From: Chrysomallon squamiferum
Lineage: Eukaryota > Animalia > Mollusca
DNA length: 64,000 nt
Assembly: GCA_012295275.1 (NCBI GenBank)
Contig: CM022679.1
Coordinates: 26,970,001 to 27,034,000, forward strand
Direction: 5' to 3'
Under the pieces are notes generated by a model. That model saw only the letters and a program-made list of their open reading frames with translations, did no database searches and had not been told where the DNA came from. Both the position numbers and the translations under genes were made by a program. Below are positions 32,668 through 58,822 of this stretch, in pieces; position 1 is the stretch's first letter; the number at the start of each line of letters is the position of its first letter.

Positions 32668-33949
32668 CAGCAAGCGATCTTTTATAAAAGACTTCCCATA
32701 GACAGAAATATATGGTTTAGGATGCACAAGTCATGAGACATTGGCAGGAATGGGGAATAGCCAATTTGATGGATAATAAAAAAACATTTCTTTTTTGTAG
32801 AATCATAAAAGCTTCCTTTGTTATTTAGAGTAAGGAAACAACATCTGTGCCATGTTCTCTAGAGATCTGTCACACAGCTGATTTAAGAACTTGCACCTAG
32901 CTTAAGAATACTCCTATCTACATGTAGCAAGTAAGTTAAAACTTTTATCTGAATTAGAATTAGCAACAGACTTGGAGTTAGAGAAATTTAGGGTTTCTGA
33001 AGTTGGGTTTTGGTCTTCATCATCTAATGGGTTCTTTAAGAGGGAGATTGTTTGGGGGGTTTTTTTGAGACGATGGGGTTTTGGGTTGTTGTTTTTTTAG
33101 AGGGTAGTTGTTTTGGTTAGGTTTTTTTTAGTTACATGAATTGATAACAGTATTATTCTGGACCACATGTATCAGCCTTTCACATATTCATCTTTTTTGC
33201 AAAGAATAATAAACCCCCAATGTTTGTTGTCATTCTAAAGTTAACCTTTGTGCATCACCTCAGGCTTGTACAACTGGTGTTTTTAAAGTCATCAAGTAAG
33301 AAGATGCTAAGTTACTGACATAAGTGCCAAACATCACTGTGAGGATGAAGTAACATGATGATAAATTAGGTAGACTGTAGAGATCAAATGATAATACCAC
33401 TGAGGCCAGCTTCCACTTTGAAAATTATGTGAAATCTTAGATAGTGAACCAGAAAGTTAGGGAAATACTGATACATTTTCTAACTCTTTTGTTGTGAATG
33501 TAGTCAGTTAACTTCCTAATGTTGTGCAGATGAAGAAAAAAAACCCCACTAAATACCCTGCAATTCCTGAAAAATGTTTATGAGAAACAATTAATATGTT
33601 GGTGTTTTTTGATAAAACTTGATGTTTGATGTTTTTAGTATGAAATTGCATGCACACATTACAGCCTGAACAACATGCATAAACAGGAATATGTGGGGTT
33701 TTACCTGTAAGTATAATTAGACAAGATACAAAATTTAACAAAACTAGAGAAATGTTGAATTTTTGTTATTTCCATGACTACTGACTTAAACTTGATCTGT
33801 GTTGCAACAGTAATAGCATTGAAAAAGCACAGAAAGTTTCATATGATCCATGAAAAATTTGACTGTCAAATGTATTCATGGGGACCAGTTAAATAAACAT
33901 TTTCTTTGTGTCTGTGTCTGTTGCTGCTGCTTGAAGTGTGCAGGCTTGT

Positions 33950-34900
33950 CAATCAAATCAAACAGCAGCAGTTTCTTCAGTTTGAGTATGTCCATGATTT
34001 TGTCCATGATTTTGTCCATGATGTTTTTCCATGATTTTGAAAAACAGTTTTGTCTGTTTTCCTACAATTTGCCAAAGATCCCAAAGTGTCCACATGTGCC
34101 ATTACAGAAAACAACTGTGGCATCAGCCACAGCAAGAAAGAATCATTTTCTTCCAACAAAGTTGGTCCTCAGGCATTTCTGCTATATCACATGGTTAAAG
34201 CTCTTGGTTGTGTTTTGTGTTCTGCCATGCATACAGTACTGCAAGAAATTGTCTTGTGTCAGAGCTTGTGAGCTTCACTGCTGTAAGTCCTTGTTTTGGT
34301 TGCCTTTCCTTTTGCTTGGATAAGCACCAGTTCTCTCAGTGTTGGTGGTGTCTGCAACTGTGATGCCATATTGTACAGGCATTGATTCACTTGAAACAAG
34401 TTCCCAGCATTGTTTCTAATGGCAGCACCAAAATGGTCTTGTGTTTTCAAAATAGTTTTTTTTGTCATCAACCCACTCTTTCTACCTAACAGGTCTACCC
34501 ATTATGGACAAAACTATTTTCTTTCAGCAGTGCCACCTTATTAGTAATTTCTCGCACCATTCTTTTCTGCATGTGAACAAAACGCTCTAGCTTTTCTATG
34601 ACAGTGTCTACATTCACTGATGATTCAGCATGGTTGGAGATGAAAATGTTTCGCTGTCACCATCCCCGAGTGATGGCTTGTTTTTCAAACCTGCAAACAA
34701 TACATTTTTACACAATACCCGATTCCACATCTGAATCATAAACAGTTCATGAACACAAGATGATAAATCCTGTACTCTCTGCTAAACAGTGTAACAATAA
34801 CCCACCTCTCTGACAAGTTTTACATAACCTGTGTGTACATGATGACAGGTCCCTCCATCCTCATACTATTGAGTTTGTGTGAGACTAAAAGCCCTGCATG
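33950..34900 (-). mobile_element. Fossil DDE transposase, Kolobok-type / 'Mutator-like transposase' domain family
   Basis: Ordered minus-strand motifs: GDGDSETF (34667-34644), EKLERFVHMQKRM, TKKTILKTQDHFGAAIRNN, QYCMHGRTQNTTKSFNHVI*QKCLRTNFVG. These match the family pattern GDGDS / KLECxxHxxKRM / YYGxAIRxN / CLHGxTQNxNESFNxxIW. Multiple stops and frameshifts. Confidence 0.8.
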
Positions 34901-36210
34901 ACAGACTTTTTAATCTTGCAAGCAGATACTGAACACAAATTTTTTATTCTGCAGATATTCAATGTTGTGTTGCTGGGAGATGTAAAAAGAATATGTTTTA
35001 TGTTACTGGAAATGTATAACAATCATTGTATGTTAGTGATGTGTGTGCACACACTAAAGAATTGTGATAGTGTTTATGTTTCATGAGATTGTGCCAAGCT
35101 GTTCAAACACAAAGAAAACATTTTAGCTTGTGACAGGACCAGGTTAGTGATGCTGTGATCTTCATATTTGTTACTGCTTCAGCTCATCACATCTTTTCAG
35201 TTAACATAGTTAACCCTTTGAATGATGGGTGTATCTTCAGTATGTATGCATCGTTAATCCTAATTTTATTTCAGGATTTGACCAGATTATTATTATTTTT
35301 TTTTTATTATTTAATTTTACTTATTTGAAGGGCTTTTTTTTTGTCATTGCTTTGCTTGATCACAAAGGTTTATTCAACAACTTTGCAAAGATGTAATTAT
35401 CATTTGGGGTTTAAATGTAGGGGTACATGTTCAGATATCATTATCTGATGATGTAAAAGATATTGTTAACAAATAATCATATGTATCCATATCTTCATTA
35501 GTTGCTTGTTCTTTTGATATATATATATATGTGTGTATGTGTTTGTATACATATATATATATATAGAGAGAGAGAGACATTAAGGGAAAAGAAATTTCAG
35601 TCACTATTTTTACATGGAAGAATGATCAAAACAAAGAAATAAGAAAACTCTAGTCTTCTTCTTAGACATTCAACAGGGCATTACATATCTTTTTTTTTAG
35701 TTGTGTTCTATAACATAAATGTAGTCAAATAATGTTTAAATTTGCAATAGTTTTTCTTTAGCCTGATTTCATTTTATTTTATTTATTTGTTAGGATGTGT
35801 TAAAATAATGGTGCAAACAAATACTCTGAATATATTTTGTATACTTCTAAGTGATCTTTTGTACTTACAGCCAGGCTTTGGTAATAACAAAGTAAGAGAC
35901 TTAAAATAACAAACTTGTGAGGATGACATTTTCCCTTGTATTTTGATCTTAATTTCTAAAACGAAAAGTGAAAAAATCCTTGAAAGACTGAGGATACAGT
36001 AACTATTATTACGTATAGCATTTTTTTTTTATTTCTATGTATGAAATAAAATTAGAGATAAAAGAGAAAATATCATATTTTTATTTTATTATTTGCAAAG
36101 ATTGGTGTTCTTGAACTGATCAAACAAAACTTGGAAGTATGCAGGTCATTTAAAGATAATTCAGAAAGATGAACTTGAAACAGTGTTTTCATTAATTATA
36201 TATATATATT

Positions 36211-36260
<50 letters not shown>

Positions 36261-36417
36261 TGTACACATAAAGAAGTGTTAAAAATAATTTTAGCTGATT
36301 AATATGTTGTTATTTAACATCATGACACTCTAAATTGTAATGTTAACCATTGCTTAGACTTTTATTTTAACTCTTATTAATTTTAACTTTTCAGATAATT
36401 ATTTATTCTTTTATTTT

Positions 36418-36448
<31 letters not shown>

Positions 36449-36673
36449 TTGCTGCTAATACTTATTAAATGTTTAGGTGTGCAACTTTGTGATTGGCTGT
36501 TAAAATTTCTTACTGTTTGAAAGTCTCTTCAGATTTTCCTTTGTTTTTGTTTATTTTGTATATGTCATGGTTAATATTTTATTGGTTTTCAATAAGCTGT
36601 AGACAAATTCTATAGTTACCAGTATTTGTAATATGACAGTACCGTCTTTTTTTCTCTTTTTTTTCAAATTCTG

Positions 36674-36712
<39 letters not shown>

Positions 36713-38884
36713 TTGAATTTTTTTTAGTTATAATTTTTTTTTTTCTCTCTCACAAATGGGACCATATAGTTTTTCATAGACATTTTTCATTTTCAGTAAT
36801 TTTCTAGAATATTTGAACAGTGGTTGAATAATACATCGATATATGTATTTTATTATTCAAACTCATAGATGTTGTGTTAAAAATTAATTTGATTATGATA
36901 AGGTTGGAATATAGAATTAACCTGATTTCTGTGATATTTTTTAAATACTAAAAAAAAAAAAAAATAATTATAAAAAATAAATAAGCAAATAAAAATAAAA
37001 AAAAAAAGAAAGAAAGAAAAGAAAAGAAAAATAATAATTAAAAAAAATAATAATAATAAAAACAAAATAAAGTGAAATAAAATGAAGTATTATGAATAAA
37101 AGATATTCTAGATGATACATTTCTCATACAAAAAGATTTTTTTAACATTTTATAAATTAAACTTGACAATAATTTAAAATAAAATAAAATAAAATAATGC
37201 AAATGAAATAAGATAAAATAAAACCCAAAAGATTTATTGAATGTTAAATACAGATACAATGTCATTACAAGTAATTATTAAACATCAAACATGCACATAA
37301 TTATACATTTCACATTCAAATTTTAATTTTATCTTGGTCTGAATACACAATTACATTGAATTCTGTGATATCTTAAATACTTTATTAATGTACTGACAAC
37401 ATCTCCATGGCCACTACTCCAAAGGATCACATTATACATCATAAGCACAGGTCTTTTATGTGCATTTTCCCCCATTAACAGAAAAATACCGTGACTTTGT
37501 TAGCCGTAAAGGGAAATAACTCAGTTTGGACACCTAGGAGGATTGATCCCTTGAACGTCAGTTTAGAACTTTAGCTAGTTGAAGAGTGGCTTGCTGCAGT
37601 AGAGAAGACAACAAAATAGTTGTTGGCTAGTTACAGAGCAAGTGCCCTCAGATTACAAGACAAAATTGCTCTGAAAAGTGATAAAAATATTTTATTTTTG
37701 ATCTTATAAGTAGTAATAATATGTCGGTTACCAAACATTTATTACGATTAACCACAAATATCTTGCATTTATTTTTATTATTCTTCTTTTTTTTTTTTTT
37801 TTTTTATAATTTTTTTTAGTCAGATGTAATAATTCAAAATGTGATGTTAAACAAGAATAATAAGGAAATCCACTTTTATCTAATGTTATAAAATAAAATG
37901 CAATATATTTAAGATATTGGGGTTTTTTGTTTGTTTTTTTATTTATTTATTTTGTATTATTATCATTATTATTGATTTTATTTAAATCTGCATGGGTTTA
38001 GATTTCAAAATGTGATAGTCCAATGAAAACACTATTTTATTCTAATTTTTTAATTATAATTATTATTATTACTATTTGACTTTTTCTTGTTAATTTTTAC
38101 TTATTTATTTATTTACTTATTCCACAACACAGATGTGTGTCCAAATAATGGCATTAACATCTGGGTTTTATTTTCAGTGGCATTTGAAACAAAATTAAAT
38201 AGTTCAAATCTGCTTAAGTGGGGGTTTTTTTTTTTTTTTTTTTCTTTTTATCTTGGGTTTTTTTTTTTTTTTTTTGCTGACATTAATTTTTGTAAGCTGA
38301 GCAGATTATGAAATTACAGAATGTCTATGCTTGTTGTTTTATTTTTAATATCTTTTTTATTTGTGATCGTTATATTTTTTCTTCGCTTGTTATTATTTAT
38401 TGTAACAATTTGTATTTATACATTTTTTTTTGTTAATAAAAGCTTATACCTGATTTCTTTATGGTTTTTGTTTGATGCATTTATAATGTCAGATGCAAGT
38501 TATTTTTTGAATGTAGATGCAAGAGGATTTAAAACATAAATATTCTCAAACTGGATGCCAAAAAAAAAAAAAATAAATAATAATAATAATAATTTAAAAA
38601 TACAAATGAAAATAATAATTAATAAATAAAATTTAAAAAGTGGATTTTTTTTTTTTAAATCATTTAACCGGCATGGTCTTTCCTTTCTATGTCTTTTTAT
38701 CATCACATAATAATAATGATCATGATCATGATCATGATAAAATCTTACTTGTTCCAAAACAGTGAAAATACTGATAATTTCCTTGTCAGTTTGTAAATAA
38801 TTTGTTTAAGTTCACTGACTTTTTAATACGAAATGGAAACGATCCAGAAATAAAACTAATTGAAAAATATACGCAATATTTAAT

Positions 38885-39673
38885 GCGGCCATCTTTGTTT
38901 CGTTTTACATTTTTCAGGCGGATGTAGATCTACGTTGCGCGTCATATAATTTGCATATTAATGTAATTTGCATAATCATGCTATAAAATATTGAATACAT
39001 AAGTTATATTATTTATGTTACAGCGTTTTATACATGTACAGTATATATATATATAAATGCCTGGCATACACAAATGCGATCATTTAATGAAGCCTATTTA
39101 AATATAAATTTAAAAAAAAATAATAACTGATATTTTAAATCCATATATTACAAATACTGGCAAATATTTATTTATTTATTTATTCATTTTAAAATATTTT
39201 GTTTTATTATTTATTTACTATGTTTTTAAAATGTTACGACCCATGGGGTCTGATATAACCAATGCAATTTCGTTCCCCTCTAGGATTATTTTGTTTCGTT
39301 TCGCCCTATATCCAGAGTGTTCAATATTTCCACATTAGCTTGCCTGCGGGTGATCAACAAGCATTCATAGCGAGTACATGGTAAATAATAACACCATTGT
39401 TTGTCAAGCGGAACCAGAGTTAATGCTTTTCATGTAAGTGTTTGTTTATCCACACCGATCAGTCCAGCTAAAATGGACATCTTGATGTAGCTGTTGGATT
39501 TAGCAGATTTCGGTTTCGTTCATGCCGCCAGTGTCACGCAGTATGAAGGTAAATTAATATTATTAATGTTGGGTATTTGTTAACATCCAGACATAAATTT
39601 AAAATCAAGTTTTTATCATCAATGGCGGGATTTTCCTGTCAATTCGTTCCGAGATTTGGTAGTGATGACGTCA
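38885..39673. promoter_or_regulatory. CpG-retaining candidate promoter upstream of the CDKL gene
   Basis: YY1-type GCGGCCATCTT at 38885-38895, octamers ATTTGCAT at 38949 and 38966, CRE TGACGTCA at 39666-39673, and several plus-strand donor-like sites at 39380-39550. Confidence 0.45.
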
Positions 39674-40569
39674 GAGAACGTCAGCGGTTTCTCGGTGTAC
39701 CATAAAATCGTTACTTTTTACCGAACTGATTTAGACATTTTAGAGATTTTATTATTAATGAATCTATAGCGAGAGATCAGTAAATGTTCTTTATAGTTTA
39801 TTTTCTACAATAATGGAGAACCTAATTTTATTAAGCAAAAATTTTTATTTAAAAAAGTATTTCTAGTACTTTGATGGTTTGATGCATTTGGCCTACCGAC
39901 ATTTTCCCCGACCCAAACACGACTACCAAAAGTAAAAAAAAAAAAAAAAAAAAACAATAAAAAATATTCATTTCTGTAATGTATGAGTTGCAACAAATTC
40001 TAATGCTTTCTTTCTGTCTTTTTGGTTTTTATTATTATTATTATTATTAATTATTATAATCCAGTTCGATGTCAAAATAAAATCTGTATCAGTATTAACC
40101 AGCGTAGAAACACATCTTTGATTATCGACACTATCAATTTTCAACAATCTCTACTGATATATTTATTTCTTATACAACTTGCCTGATGTGTCAAACAGTG
40201 TTAAAATGTTTTCAGATGAGTTATGAGACTTAAACCTAATAAACCATATTAACAATAGAGCAACTGAGTCTACAAAGTATAATTATGGGCCAATTTTAGG
40301 GTGCGGCCACTGAACAAATTTAAACATCTTGCCCAACCGTGTGGATCATTGCACCGATTTGTCTGTAAATTCAAAAAGGCTATTTGCCGCAATGTGATTC
40401 AGAACAAAGAAACAACATAAACAAAACAAAACCAAAAAAAAAAAAAAAAAAAGAAACAAACAAACGATAAATAAATATATAAAAGACAAAAAGAGAAAGA
40501 GGGAGGGGGGCCTTCGAGAAAGGGCGAGGAAGCGAGGGAGTGTATATGTTTCAGAGAGACTCTAAAAAC

Positions 40570-40829
40570 CAGTCATGGGAAAACTGTGGCCCGCCTAATT
40601 TCACAAGGAAAATAACGTTAATCCAAATTTTATAAAATGAGTCTATTTTGTGTCTACTAATATACTAAAACACATGTAATTTTTGGATTATGACAGTTCC
40701 TGAAGTAAATGAAAATGAAAAATTTCTTAAAATAAACTTTACGTAAAAACACAAAATTGCCTGCGGCCCGCCTGAGGCTCAGCCTTGACTCATGTGGCCT
40801 GCTTCCCGAAAAAAGGTTGCCCATGCCTG
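40570..40829. mobile_element. hAT (Charlie-like) MITE, ~260 bp
   Basis: Imperfect TIRs CAGTCATGGGAAAACT / CAGGCATGGGCAACCT (13/16), internal ggcccg motifs, and flanks ctctaaaaac / atctaaac resembling a decayed 8-bp TSD. Confidence 0.65.
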
Positions 40830-42617
40830 ATCTAAACAATTACTAATTATAATCAGTAATGGCAGACCTTAAAACATCAAATCATGCGAAATATATGGAA
40901 CTGTCACTAAACGAAAATGACAGGTTATCTGTTATTGAACATCAAATAAAAATATAGCAAGTCTGACAGTATATTTTATTTTCTAACTTTATTTATACAC
41001 TATCAATCATTTTTTTTTTTCTTCTACTTTTTATTATCATATCAAACAGCGGTTTTTGAAAATGATTTTTTTTTTTTCGAATGCTTAGTTTAAAAGTGCA
41101 CGCAAGTCCCGCCCAAGCCATGTCACATACATCCAACATCTTGTATTGATATTTAGTTCGGCTAACTTTTATTAATTATTAATAGATCTGTAAACTAACA
41201 GTTTGCGATAGCAACAAATATTAAAAAGCATGAAAATAAGTTATTAACATATATACATATATATATATACAGCTAAATGTGAAGCGTTGAGGTATTGATT
41301 TATGTTAGATGGAGAGAACAGATTTTATATCTCTTAGAATAATGTGATAATTGTAATGGATTTTTCGCTCATAATAGAGCCTATCCGCATCCAAGATTTG
41401 GCAATGAATAGGTTTAATTAGCAAGTTTAATTAATCCAACAGAGGTTGATTAGACCTACTGAACCATTTCCGATTGTTTTATGAAAGTCTTAATCTGTAC
41501 GTAGTGCTGCTAATACATTTGTTAAAATACTTAGTTCTTGATTATAGTAAGTATAATTTGTCAAAATAATAAATATTTTGTTAAATGAAGAGAAACAAAT
41601 TAAAAGCACTTTGTTTGATTTTAGCGCAGGCCTTGAGCTGTTTTACTTTCTGATAATGTGATCCTTACATACATGATTCAGTGATTCAATAAGACTTTAA
41701 TTCTTCTTCAGCTGATATCATTTTATTGATATATCAGATGTTAAAATTTAATACGGAATTGACTAAAATGGAACAATGAATAAAACTGACATATTAATAT
41801 ACTATTTATGCGACTTTAACTATAACACGGGTCACCTATTTCCCTATTGATATAGTCTTTGAAGCAGGAAGGGTATATGTGCTCTGCTGTTGAATGTAAT
41901 GAACTTACGCCATCGTAAGGTAAAAATTTGGTGTTTATAAACAAGTATATTATCTTGTGTAACAGAATATGTCATTTTATAGAAGATATTATTCTTTAAG
42001 ACCATATGGTAAAATCTTAATAAATTTCATTTAAGCAGTACAGACATATCGGCCGCAGGGAAATAACATAGTATACATTTACCGTAGATGTAACGTAGAA
42101 CAGCCACTAAGCAATATTGTTGTCACTGGAGACAACTTTTGGTAGAAATGTGTAGTAACATTATTCAGTAATTCAATGGTTTGTGGATATTATTCAAACT
42201 TCATCTTTAAAAAATATGTAAGAAGATATGATTTACACAGTGGCAGGTGAAACTGATTTTGTAAATTTAGGGAATATCCTTGAATTTGTGTTATTCGGGA
42301 GGGCACGAATATACCATTGTGTAATACAATATCATGTTTTCGTGATTACTTGTAACCGTTTTATTTCGTTAATCATTAATGTTTTTGCACTTTATATTTA
42401 TAAAAATAACATTCACATTGGTATATGATCCTATATCTTTTTATTGATAGTTTCAAGCATTAGTATGTTTTAAGAAATTCATTATTATTGCTAAAAGTTT
42501 TAACTTATATGTTTAATATATATTGCATTCAAAACTTCAGATGCTGTTATGGGTAATGTTAAACATATTCGTTTTTTTTCTTTCATTTATCTTTTTTTTC
42601 CCCTTAAATATACATGC

Positions 42618-42672
<55 letters not shown>

Positions 42673-43602
42673 TATGTAATTAATTTTTATTGTAAGTTAT
42701 AAATAACAGAAAAAAAAAAAAGAAGATATTTGCAAAATGAAAAAGAAAAGTTATTCACGAAAAACTATTATAATATTTTGATTAATGTTTTATGAAATTC
42801 TTGATGTTATCTTATTTCTACTGGAATAAAAAAATCCACATCATATCTGAACATGATGCTTAGTCGGTTTATGAAGGAATCTACATTACTGTGGGTTTTT
42901 TTGATGGTTTTTACGTATATATTTTTCTTCTGTAAATAAAACTTATAAACTGCAGTGACATTTTTGATGTATCATTTTGTGTGATTTTTTTAATTTCTGA
43001 TATGTTGACACTAATTCAAAAGATTTTTCTTTCCATAATATAAACAACAAGAATGAAATCATTAGTAGCATTTTATTACTTTCACATTAAACCATTTCTT
43101 TAAAAACAGTATTTTGGATTCCCATTCTCAGTTCCAATTAGACACTTACTTATTTTGGAAAACTGGAACATTATCAATTTTTTAATCTTGTAAAATGCTT
43201 GGGTTACAATTATTAGTGAAAAGGAAGCTATTTATGACAAACTAAATCACATACCTTGATATCTGTGAAATTGGATTCATTCTTTAGAAGCAACTATCAT
43301 TAGTCTAAAATTGTAAAGCAGAGTTTAAAAATCAGATGTGATCTGTTTTGGTTTCAAATCAATTAATTCAAAATTATGCTTACTGTTATTTCGCCATTTT
43401 GTTGATATGTGTCTTTCTTTATTATATATTTAAATGTTCACCATCTCAAGCATTATGTTGATGGCATATACACAATTTATGACCTATATATCATTTTCAG
43501 CAATACATATTACCAAAAATATTAATAAATAAATATAAAATAAACCAATAGAATAATAATAATAATAATAATATTAATTTAAAAAAACAAATGTTTGATG
43601 TC

Positions 43603-43659
<57 letters not shown>

Positions 43660-43663
43660 TTAG

Positions 43664-55229
<11,566 letters not shown>

Positions 55230-58173
55230 GTAAGTCTCTCCTTGTTTTGAAATTCTGCCTTTCATAAGTGGAAGTTCACTTGAGTTTCTGTTATTGGTTA
55301 TTGTCAGTGAATGTTTCTTGTGTACGTGTGCACATTTTTTTTTTAAATATTACAGCATGTGCCACAGAGCCTTTGATACACAAGTTGTGAAGCACTGGCT
55401 AGAATGGGGAAAAAAAAAAAAAAGTCCACTGCTGAATATGTGATGTTGCTTAATGCTAGTTAAAATTTTTATTTTTGTTTTTATTTTGTTGTCTAGGAAA
55501 CAGGAGTTTTTGTCTTCATTAATGTTTATGATAGAATGTTCAAAAGCAAAAATTTCTATTTTTTAATGTTTAGAAATTAACTTTTGATATGATCTAGGTG
55601 GAAGAGTATAATTTTTTTTTAGAAATTTCAGTGGTTGGATAAACTAAATAATGAAAGCATATTATTTTATTTTATCATTAATCTTAAAAAAAAAAAATAA
55701 TAATAAAATAAAATAAATAAAAATGTTTTTTGAGTAACAGAATAATTAACTATCATAGTGGTTGGTTGGCTTTAGGATTTTTGGATATCCAAGCAAATCT
55801 TTAAATCTATCAACACTCGAGAATCTAGTAAGAACATTTGACCAACTATGATGAAAAAAAAACAACCATAACAACAGCAAGCAATATCTATAACTTTGTT
55901 AATTTGTTTTTTGTTTCATTTTATCTCTGTTTAAATCGATAATAATTTAATTCGGTGTATATTTAATGTTGATTTGTTCTTGTTTATCAATTTACAAAAT
56001 TATCTTTCAGAATACCTGCATTACTCAGTTTTTTAAGGTGAAAATACAGAGTGTTTTGATAGTACAAAAATATATATAGTAATAAATAGATAGTGGCTCT
56101 CCCTTCCTTCATCACATATAATTATATATCTTCTAACATGTATATTCACATAATGGGACTGGTATATCAGCAAAATTGCTGTCTGCAGTGTACAATCTTT
56201 TACTGCTTATTTGTATATTGGACGTTTGCATCATAAACAATGTGTGTTCATACATGTACTCATTCTCTCTGTTTAATCATGATGATTATATCTTTTCCCA
56301 TTATTTGAAAAAGAAACTGTAGAATTAATTATATTCTCTCTGTCACAATTTGAATAAACTGTGCTTTTCTTTTGGGATTCTTTTGTATTCAAATAATGAA
56401 CTAAATAAATTCCCTGTGTCCAAAATTAGGCCCTGAATATACTGCAAGTGCATTTTTGGTGTTTGTGTGTGTGTGTGTGTGTGTTAATTTATATACTCCA
56501 ATAGTTTCCATTGCAAAAACTTGTGATTCTTGTTTCACAAGTACAAAAACTATTAGGAAACATTTAATTTGATGTAATTGTTTTAGTTAAACACCAATAT
56601 TTGCTAATAATAAAGTACAACATCATAAAACAAGCTTACAAAAAAATGTTTTTGGTTTTTCTTCAAGATGTCAGATCATACATACAAAAGTAAAATATCC
56701 CTGACAGACTGAGTAGGCAGCTTAGCAATAATTTACAAAGTCTTTTGAGTTTTACATTTTATGTATAGAATGATGTCTAAAAAAAAAAAAAAAAAAAATG
56801 TATTATTTTATATTTTATTATTTATCAGTGAAGGTTGGGAAGAAGACCTTTGATGTTTATAAAATATATATTTAGACTTTACACTTATAGGTCTTATATG
56901 GTTATAATTAATATCTCCTTTATTTTATAACATTATACAACAAGCAAAATTAAAAGATAAACTTGGTTTTGTCATTAATAATATTCAGAAATTATGAAAT
57001 GAAAATAGTAAATAAAAAGCTAATTTTATTTTTATTTTGTTGTCTTGGAAACAGGAGTTTTTATCTTTATTAACTCTAGATTCAAAAATAATACATTATA
57101 TTTGTTTATTTATTCAGAAGTTTATTATATTAAATGTTACCCTGGTAATTAAATATATATTATAGACTAGATAATGGACATCATCAAAATTTGTATTTTT
57201 ATGTTTTACTTTGAATACTTGGTGAAAATTCATTGTTTTCTTAGCTCATTTTAATATTTTTCAGAGTGTTTCTATGAAAAGGTATTTAAATTACTTTTAT
57301 TTTTGTCACAACAGATGAAATAGTTGTTTATTTTTCAAATGTAACTGTGGGTTTTTTAAAATGTAAATGAGACTAAATTAAGATTGAATTTTAGATATAA
57401 CTTAGTTTCTACTTAAAAATATTATATTTTCAGTCTCAGAAATATGAAATATATTTGTCTTTATCTACCTTATGAATAATGCTATTACTATAAAAAAAAT
57501 GCTATTTAATCCAGTTTAATTTATAAAATAATTAAATGCTTTAAATAAAATTTTAAAATTCCAAAATCTGTTGTGACAATTTTCAGTTTAGATGCTTGGT
57601 GGTAGAATTAAGCAAATTTAAAAAAAAAAAAAAAAAAATTAAAATTAAGAAAATTAAATTTTCCCTTATGTAGGCAGAAGACATCTTTGTTTTAATGTTA
57701 GGATATAGATAGCTAGCCACTAAACTGTTCTGTCCACTGCTTTCTTACTACATTTGCCTAACTCCTCAAATCTCTTCTAGTTTGTTTTTCAACTGAGAAA
57801 ACAAATGAATAAATGTTAATACTTTTTCAGTATTTTTTATTGCTAATAATAGTATTATTATTATTATTTTTATTATTGTTATTATTATTATATTTATTTA
57901 TATACTATTTTCATTATTATTCTAATCAATTTCTTGATGATGATAACAATAACAATTATTATTATTTTTATTCTGATGATGATGTTGATAATGCTGACGA
58001 TGATAGCAATTTCAAATACTGATTTTATTGTCATCATTATTATTATTGTTATTATTATTATTAATGATATTACTGTTATTGAAATTATTATTATTGTTTA
58101 TTGTTCATTAATTAATTAATTAATTTTCCTTTTAAGTAATAAATAAGAAATAAAAATTAAATGTTCATTTAAA

Positions 58174-58822
58174 CAGTGGTACCTTGACTTACGGGTTATG
58201 TTCAGTCGCTTGGTAGATTTTTTTCTTTGAGTTGCAAGCCAAAATCCGAGATATGAGTGAGCTTCAGATATGCCACCGCTAGGTGGTGCAACAAACAACT
58301 TAACATCCTCCCAGAATTCCATGTCTCACTCGTTTACTTCACATGGTTACCTGGCCATGCAGTCTTCTTTGTTGAGTTGTTTTATTGATTTGTGCAGTAT
58401 TTTGCCAAATGTCTTCGTTCTGACCATGGATCATAAGAAACTGAGTGCAAAGGACAGTGCTGAGAAGAAGAAGCCGATGATGGTCACGAATTAAAGCATG
58501 AAATCATAGAAAAACATGAGCGAGGTGTTCATATAGTTGACTTGGCTAGACAGTACGAGTGTAGTATTTCTACGATATGTACCATACTGAAGAAGCAAAA
58601 GGAATCAATAAAGGCTGTAACTACAGCCAAAGGCATTAAAATAATTTGTCAGATCTCCAAGATAAATACACTTGCCAAAAAAATGGGGTGGTTTTGTGGG
58701 GCTGGAATGGATTAATGCTATTTCAATTAATTTCAGTTGGGAAAATTGATTTGATATTCAAGCAAATTGAGTTATGAGCATGGTCATGGAACAATTTGAA
58801 CTCATAAGTCAAGGTACCACTG
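58174..58822 (+). mobile_element. Tigger/pogo (Tc1-mariner superfamily) internally deleted element, 649 bp
   Basis: 24-bp TIRs CAGTGGTACCTTGACTTAyGrGTT (22/24 match) with TA after the right end. Frameshifted CENP-B-type HTH remnant from ATG 58426: MDHKKLSAKDSAEKKK..ELKHEIIEKHERGVHIVDLARQYECSISTICTILKK. Confidence 0.9.

Noticed and set aside
33850-34323. 157-aa plus-strand ORF
   Set aside because: Antisense shadow of the transposase fossil, with no recognisable domain.
55460-57075. Dispersed ~60-bp duplicate (ttttgttgtct.ggaaacaggagtttt) resembling an acceptor
   Set aside because: No convincing donor or coding signal follows, so it was treated as a small neutral duplication.
58270-58494. 74-aa ORF as a possible CDKL exon
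   Set aside because: It lies inside the Tigger element, and its end is the frameshifted transposase start.
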